Positions 60,449 through 64,000 of a DNA stretch of 64,000 bases are shown in pieces. Origin of the DNA: Nitrospirales bacterium (GTDB lineage: Bacteria > Nitrospirota > Nitrospiria > Nitrospirales > UBA8639). The stretch is from NCBI GenBank assembly GCA_965223495.1, contig OZ245001.1, positions 3,735,833 to 3,799,832 on the forward strand, in the 5' to 3' direction. The notes beneath the pieces are model-generated. The model saw only the letters and a program-made list of their open reading frames with translations, made no database searches and was not told the DNA's origin. The position numbers and the translations under genes were made by a program. Every line of letters starts with the position of its first letter. Within the stretch, counting starts at the first letter, position 1.

Positions 60449-62124
60449 GAGGCTGTGTAAAAACTCACGTTCTCTCTTCTTTCACTTCTTCCATAGGCAT
60501 GTCAGCCCATCTCTGTTTCATGTTTTTGGTTTGCGAGGACGGGCATCGTCATCTTGAGGCACCACGTCGCTTCCTGATGCCTTACGAGTGGCGTTGAGGA
60601 GCACTTTTTGGCGTCGGTGAGTGCGCCACTTATGCCTGAATTGCCCGGAGGAGTGGCTTCACGCCAAGGATGGCCAACACCCGTTTGAAGTTGTACGCCA
60701 ACACATGCAAACTCATCTCGGTGCGCACCTACTTGAGGGTTTTGGTTTGGAAGTGGGTGGCGCCCATCCAGGCTTTCAAGGTCCCAAATGGATGCTCGAC
60801 CGTTTGGCGTCGCGTGCGCATCCGTTCCGGTTCTCGTTCAAGGCGGGCTTCGGTGGCCTCAAGGACCGCCTCCTGTTCCCAACGTGTCACGCGTCGATAG
60901 GTTCCGGTCGTACACTGCGACTTGATGGGACAGGTCGGGCAGTGTGAGGACCAATATTTGTGCAGTGTCAAGCCGTTCTCTTGTGTCTCGAATCGCCAAA
61001 TCAGGCGTTCCCCGGCTGGGCATGCATACTCATTCTTGTCTGCGTGGTACACGAAGTCCTGTTTGCTGAATAACCCTTTCTTCGTGCTCCCCGATGTCTG
61101 GGGCTTGGGGAGATACGTCGTGATCTTCGCCTGCTCACAGGCTAGGAGTTCTTCCCCCGTGAAGTACCCGCGATCAGCGACCACCTCGAGCGTTTCCGAT
61201 CCGATGGCCTCCTTGGCTTGGTGTGCCATGTAGTGTAATTGGTGCCGATCATGCCCCACATTGGTGACCTCGTGTGTCACGATCAAATGGTGCGTCGCCT
61301 CGACGGCGGTCTGCACGTTGTACCCCACCATCCCCGTGCCGCGCCCACTGGTGGCCATCGACCACGCATCGGGGTCCGTCAGGGAGAGCTGGTGGTCCGG
61401 CGCTTGATGCATGTGGACTGCGAGCGTTTTCAGACGTTTCATTTCTGCTTTTCAGCGCCGTGATCTTGTCCTCGAGCCGGTGAATTTTGTCTTGGGCCAT
61501 CGTCGCTTCGTGTCGATCCGCGCTGGCGATCTGGCTCAGATAGCGGGCAAGGCTCTCATCAATCTGTTGTAAGCGGCGCTGCAGCTTGGCCTTGGTAAAG
61601 TTCCGGTCTCGATTATTCACGGCCTTGAACTGACTGCCGTCGATAGCCACAAAGGCGTCAGCAAACAGATTGAGTGTCTTGCAGAGCACGATGAACTCGC
61701 GACAGACCAAGCGAATGGCGGGGCCATTGTTCATGCGAAAGTCAGCGATCGTCTTAAAGTCCAGGGCTAAGTGGCCGGTCAGCCACATGAGTTCCACGTT
61801 GCGGTGGGCTTCGCGTTCTAGGCGACGGCTGGACTGTACTCGGTTGAGATAGCCGTAGACATACAGCTTCAACAGGGTCCTTGGATGGTACGCGGGCCGG
61901 CCCGTTTCCTCTGACTGGGTCTTGAAGCCCAGCCCGGAGAGATTCAGCTCGTCAATGAAGACATCGATCACCCGAACGGCGTTGTCCTCAGCGATGTATT
62001 CATCCAACCGTTCGGGGAACAGCGTCGCTTGGTGGCGATCGTCGCCTTGAATAAATCCGCTCATTCCTGACACCTCCCTTGGAAAGGTGCCGTATACCTT
62101 CTTCAAGAGGTTTCACACAGTCTG
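60449..62124 (-). mobile_element. IS1182-family element, copy 3 (defective)
   Basis: Ends GAGGCTGTGTAAAAACTC and GTTTCACACAGTCTG. Confidence 0.9.
60630..62064 (-). pseudogene. IS1182 transposase with the same +1 frameshift and TAG as copy 2
   Basis: Split ORFs 61249-62106 and 60729-61442. Confidence 0.88.
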
Positions 62125-62241
62125 GACCCAAAACGGACATTACGGTCCCACGCGCATCGTTGCCAAAATATATAGGGTAGCCTTTGCCGAACGATGACAC
62201 CCTGACGTAAGATTTCCTGTAGCGGAAAAAAGAACAAAAAA

Positions 62242-62267
62242 AGGAGCAGTCCAGCAGAACTGCTCCT
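62242..62267 (-). terminator. Terminator of the hsp20 operon
   Basis: AGGAGCAGT-loop-ACTGCTCCT with a T-run on the minus strand. Confidence 0.75.
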
Positions 62268-62292
62268 CCTCATCCTGAATTACTATATCCGG

Positions 62293-62706
62293 TTATGCTT
62301 CGGTGATTTCAACTTTACGGGGCTTGGCTGGGCCCACTTTTGGTAAAGTGACACGCAAGACCCCATGCTTTAAATTCGCCGTGATATTGGCCTGATCGAT
62401 TACCTCGGATAGCGTAAACTGCCGAAGATATTTGCCGGTATTGAACTCCTGCTGGATATACTGTTCTTCTGTCGGAATAGAGATCGAAGGAACTCCGGTT
62501 AAAGTCAAGACACCTTCGCGGAGATCGATGCTTACATCATCGGATTGAACTCCCGGCATATCTGCCACAATGGTGAGCGCATGGTCGTCTTCAAATATAT
62601 CCACGTTGGGAGAATAAACACGGCCAGGAACCGTTTGCTCTGAAGCTGTTTTGACCTCCTGCTTGTCTCGAGCTTGAATATCTTGTGCTTGCGCAGTCAT
62701 GGTCAA
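62293..62706 (-). CDS. Hsp20/alpha-crystallin small heat shock protein
   Basis: PNVDIFE, ADMPGV and A.LKHGVL.VTLPK motifs. Confidence 0.95.
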   Translation of the reverse strand: MTMTAQAQDIQARDKQEVKTASEQTVPGRVYSPNVDIFEDDHALTIVADMPGVQSDDVSIDLREGVLTLTGVPSISIPTEEQYIQQEFNTGKYLRQFTLSEVIDQANITANLKHGVLRVTLPKVGPAKPRKVEITEA

Positions 62707-62773
62707 CTTCCTCCTTTCCAGAATTCAATGGGCTTCCCAAAGAGTTTTCTGTCTCACTTTTGCGATTCGGCTT

Positions 62774-63241
62774 TTAAACACTAATCGAAATCTTTTTGGG
62801 CTTAGCACTTTCGGCCTTGGGCAGTACCATCATTAAAATTCCGTGCCGGTATTTGGCCTGGACCTTTTCACTGTTGACATCGCTTGGCAAGTTTAACTGA
62901 CGCCGGAATTTTCCGGCTTCTCGTTCTCGTCGATGATATCTCACCTGTTGATCCTCAGTGGGAATCTTTCGTTCTCCAGAGATAGTCAAACTCCGGCCCG
63001 TCACTGAGACGTCTAACTCATCCAGAGTCAAGCCAGGAATCTCTGATCGGACGTAGAAGTTGTCATGATCTTGAGACACATTCAATAGTGGAAATACACC
63101 TGCAGTCGTCAATCCATCATCTGGTCCCATTCGAAATCCCATTAACTGATCGAGATCGCGACGAAGCCTTCCTAATTCTGAGAAGCTCGTCCCCAAACTA
63201 TCAAAAGGCCAGTTTTCCAATCTTTTTATGAACATAGTCAT
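62774..63241 (-). CDS. Hsp20/alpha-crystallin small heat shock protein
   Basis: FPLLNV, ISGERK, RRERE.GKF.R and A.YRHGIL..LPK motifs. Confidence 0.95.
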   Translation of the reverse strand: MTMFIKRLENWPFDSLGTSFSELGRLRRDLDQLMGFRMGPDDGLTTAGVFPLLNVSQDHDNFYVRSEIPGLTLDELDVSVTGRSLTISGERKIPTEDQQVRYHRREREAGKFRRQLNLPSDVNSEKVQAKYRHGILMMVLPKAESAKPKKISISV

Positions 63242-63567
63242 TCCCTCCCTCAAGGCAAGACCGGTGATCGCCATCGACCTAGATCCTGCTAATTTTTCAC
63301 TGACCTCGAGGTTGTGTCGTCAATTGTTTTCGCTTTTTAGGTAATGCCAGATTGTTATTTGTCAACCAGGGGGACCGAAAAAATTTTCCGATTTACCGTC
63401 CCTACGTAAACTGCTTTTCGACAATCTCCGACATTGGTCGGAGATTCCTATCTTCCATACCCCTTTTACTGCGGGTTAGGCGTTGCCCCCCAAAAACCCC
63501 ACACGGTACAGGGTATCGATTTAAAAATTCTGGTGTATGGCTTCTGGGCAAACGTCCGCTTCTGGCC

Positions 63568-64000
63568 CAGACTGTGTGAAAACTTCACCTACCCCATCAT
63601 GCGCCATGCGCTAATCCGGGGAGCAACCCATCTCCTCTTGAGTTGCTTGTTGAGGCGAACTATTTTGTTTTGTAGCCCCACGAGCCACCTGATGAGTCCC
63701 AGGCGGCGCTCATACGGTCCTAGTTGCGTGTATGAAGGCGTGCCTTACGCTTGGATCGCCTGGAGGAGTGGCTTCACGCCGAGAATCGACAGCATCCGTT
63801 TGAAGTTATACGCCAACACATGCAAACTCATCTCGGTGCGAACATGCTTGAGTGTTTTCATTTGGAAGTGGGTCGAGCCCATCCAGGCTTTTAAGGTCCC
63901 GAATGGATGTTCCACCGTTTGTCGTCGAATGCGCATCCGCTCCGGTTCTCGTTCAAGACGGGCTTCGGCGGCCTCGAGCACGGCTTCATGTTCCCAACGT
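63568..64000 (-). mobile_element. IS1182-family element, copy 4 (partial; runs off the window)
   Basis: Appears identical to copy 1 (34810-35242) over the visible part. Confidence 0.93.

Noticed and set aside
63241-63560. CIRCE/HrcA operator upstream of the hsp20 pair
   Set aside because: No TTAGCACTC-N9-GAGTGCTAA match was found.

Overview
A 64-kb chromosomal window, most likely from a Nitrospirales (Nitrospirota) bacterium, judged from the 16S 5' end and the gene set. Positions 1-25 kb are mostly housekeeping and conserved genes: the 16S 5' end with its promoter, rhomboid, DHH phosphoesterase, LOG, Dus, Maf, Mrp, GpmA, an RpoD-like sigma factor, MlaA, an AI-2E transporter and an HD-GYP protein. 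A repeat-bounded toxin-antitoxin islet interrupts them at 5-8 kb. Positions 25-64 kb are accessory. Main observations: (1) a Cys-rich GAF/sigma54 activator whose ACGAAAWWTCGT-like boxes and sigma54 promoters lie upstream of two distant redox/detoxification operons; (2) toxin-antitoxin modules bracketed by duplicated 3' ends of host genes, seen twice; (3) a candidate two-gene defence locus (PD-(D/E)xK nuclease + FRG) knocked out by IS1182, and a TIR-TPR gene; (4) a family of ~30-42 bp imperfect palindromes that delimit short cargo genes like cassettes (one also has an attC-like site) and are the insertion sites of three of four IS1182 copies; (5) a DUF899 gene split into remnants 5 kb apart. 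All family assignments come from motif recognition by eye; no database search was run.
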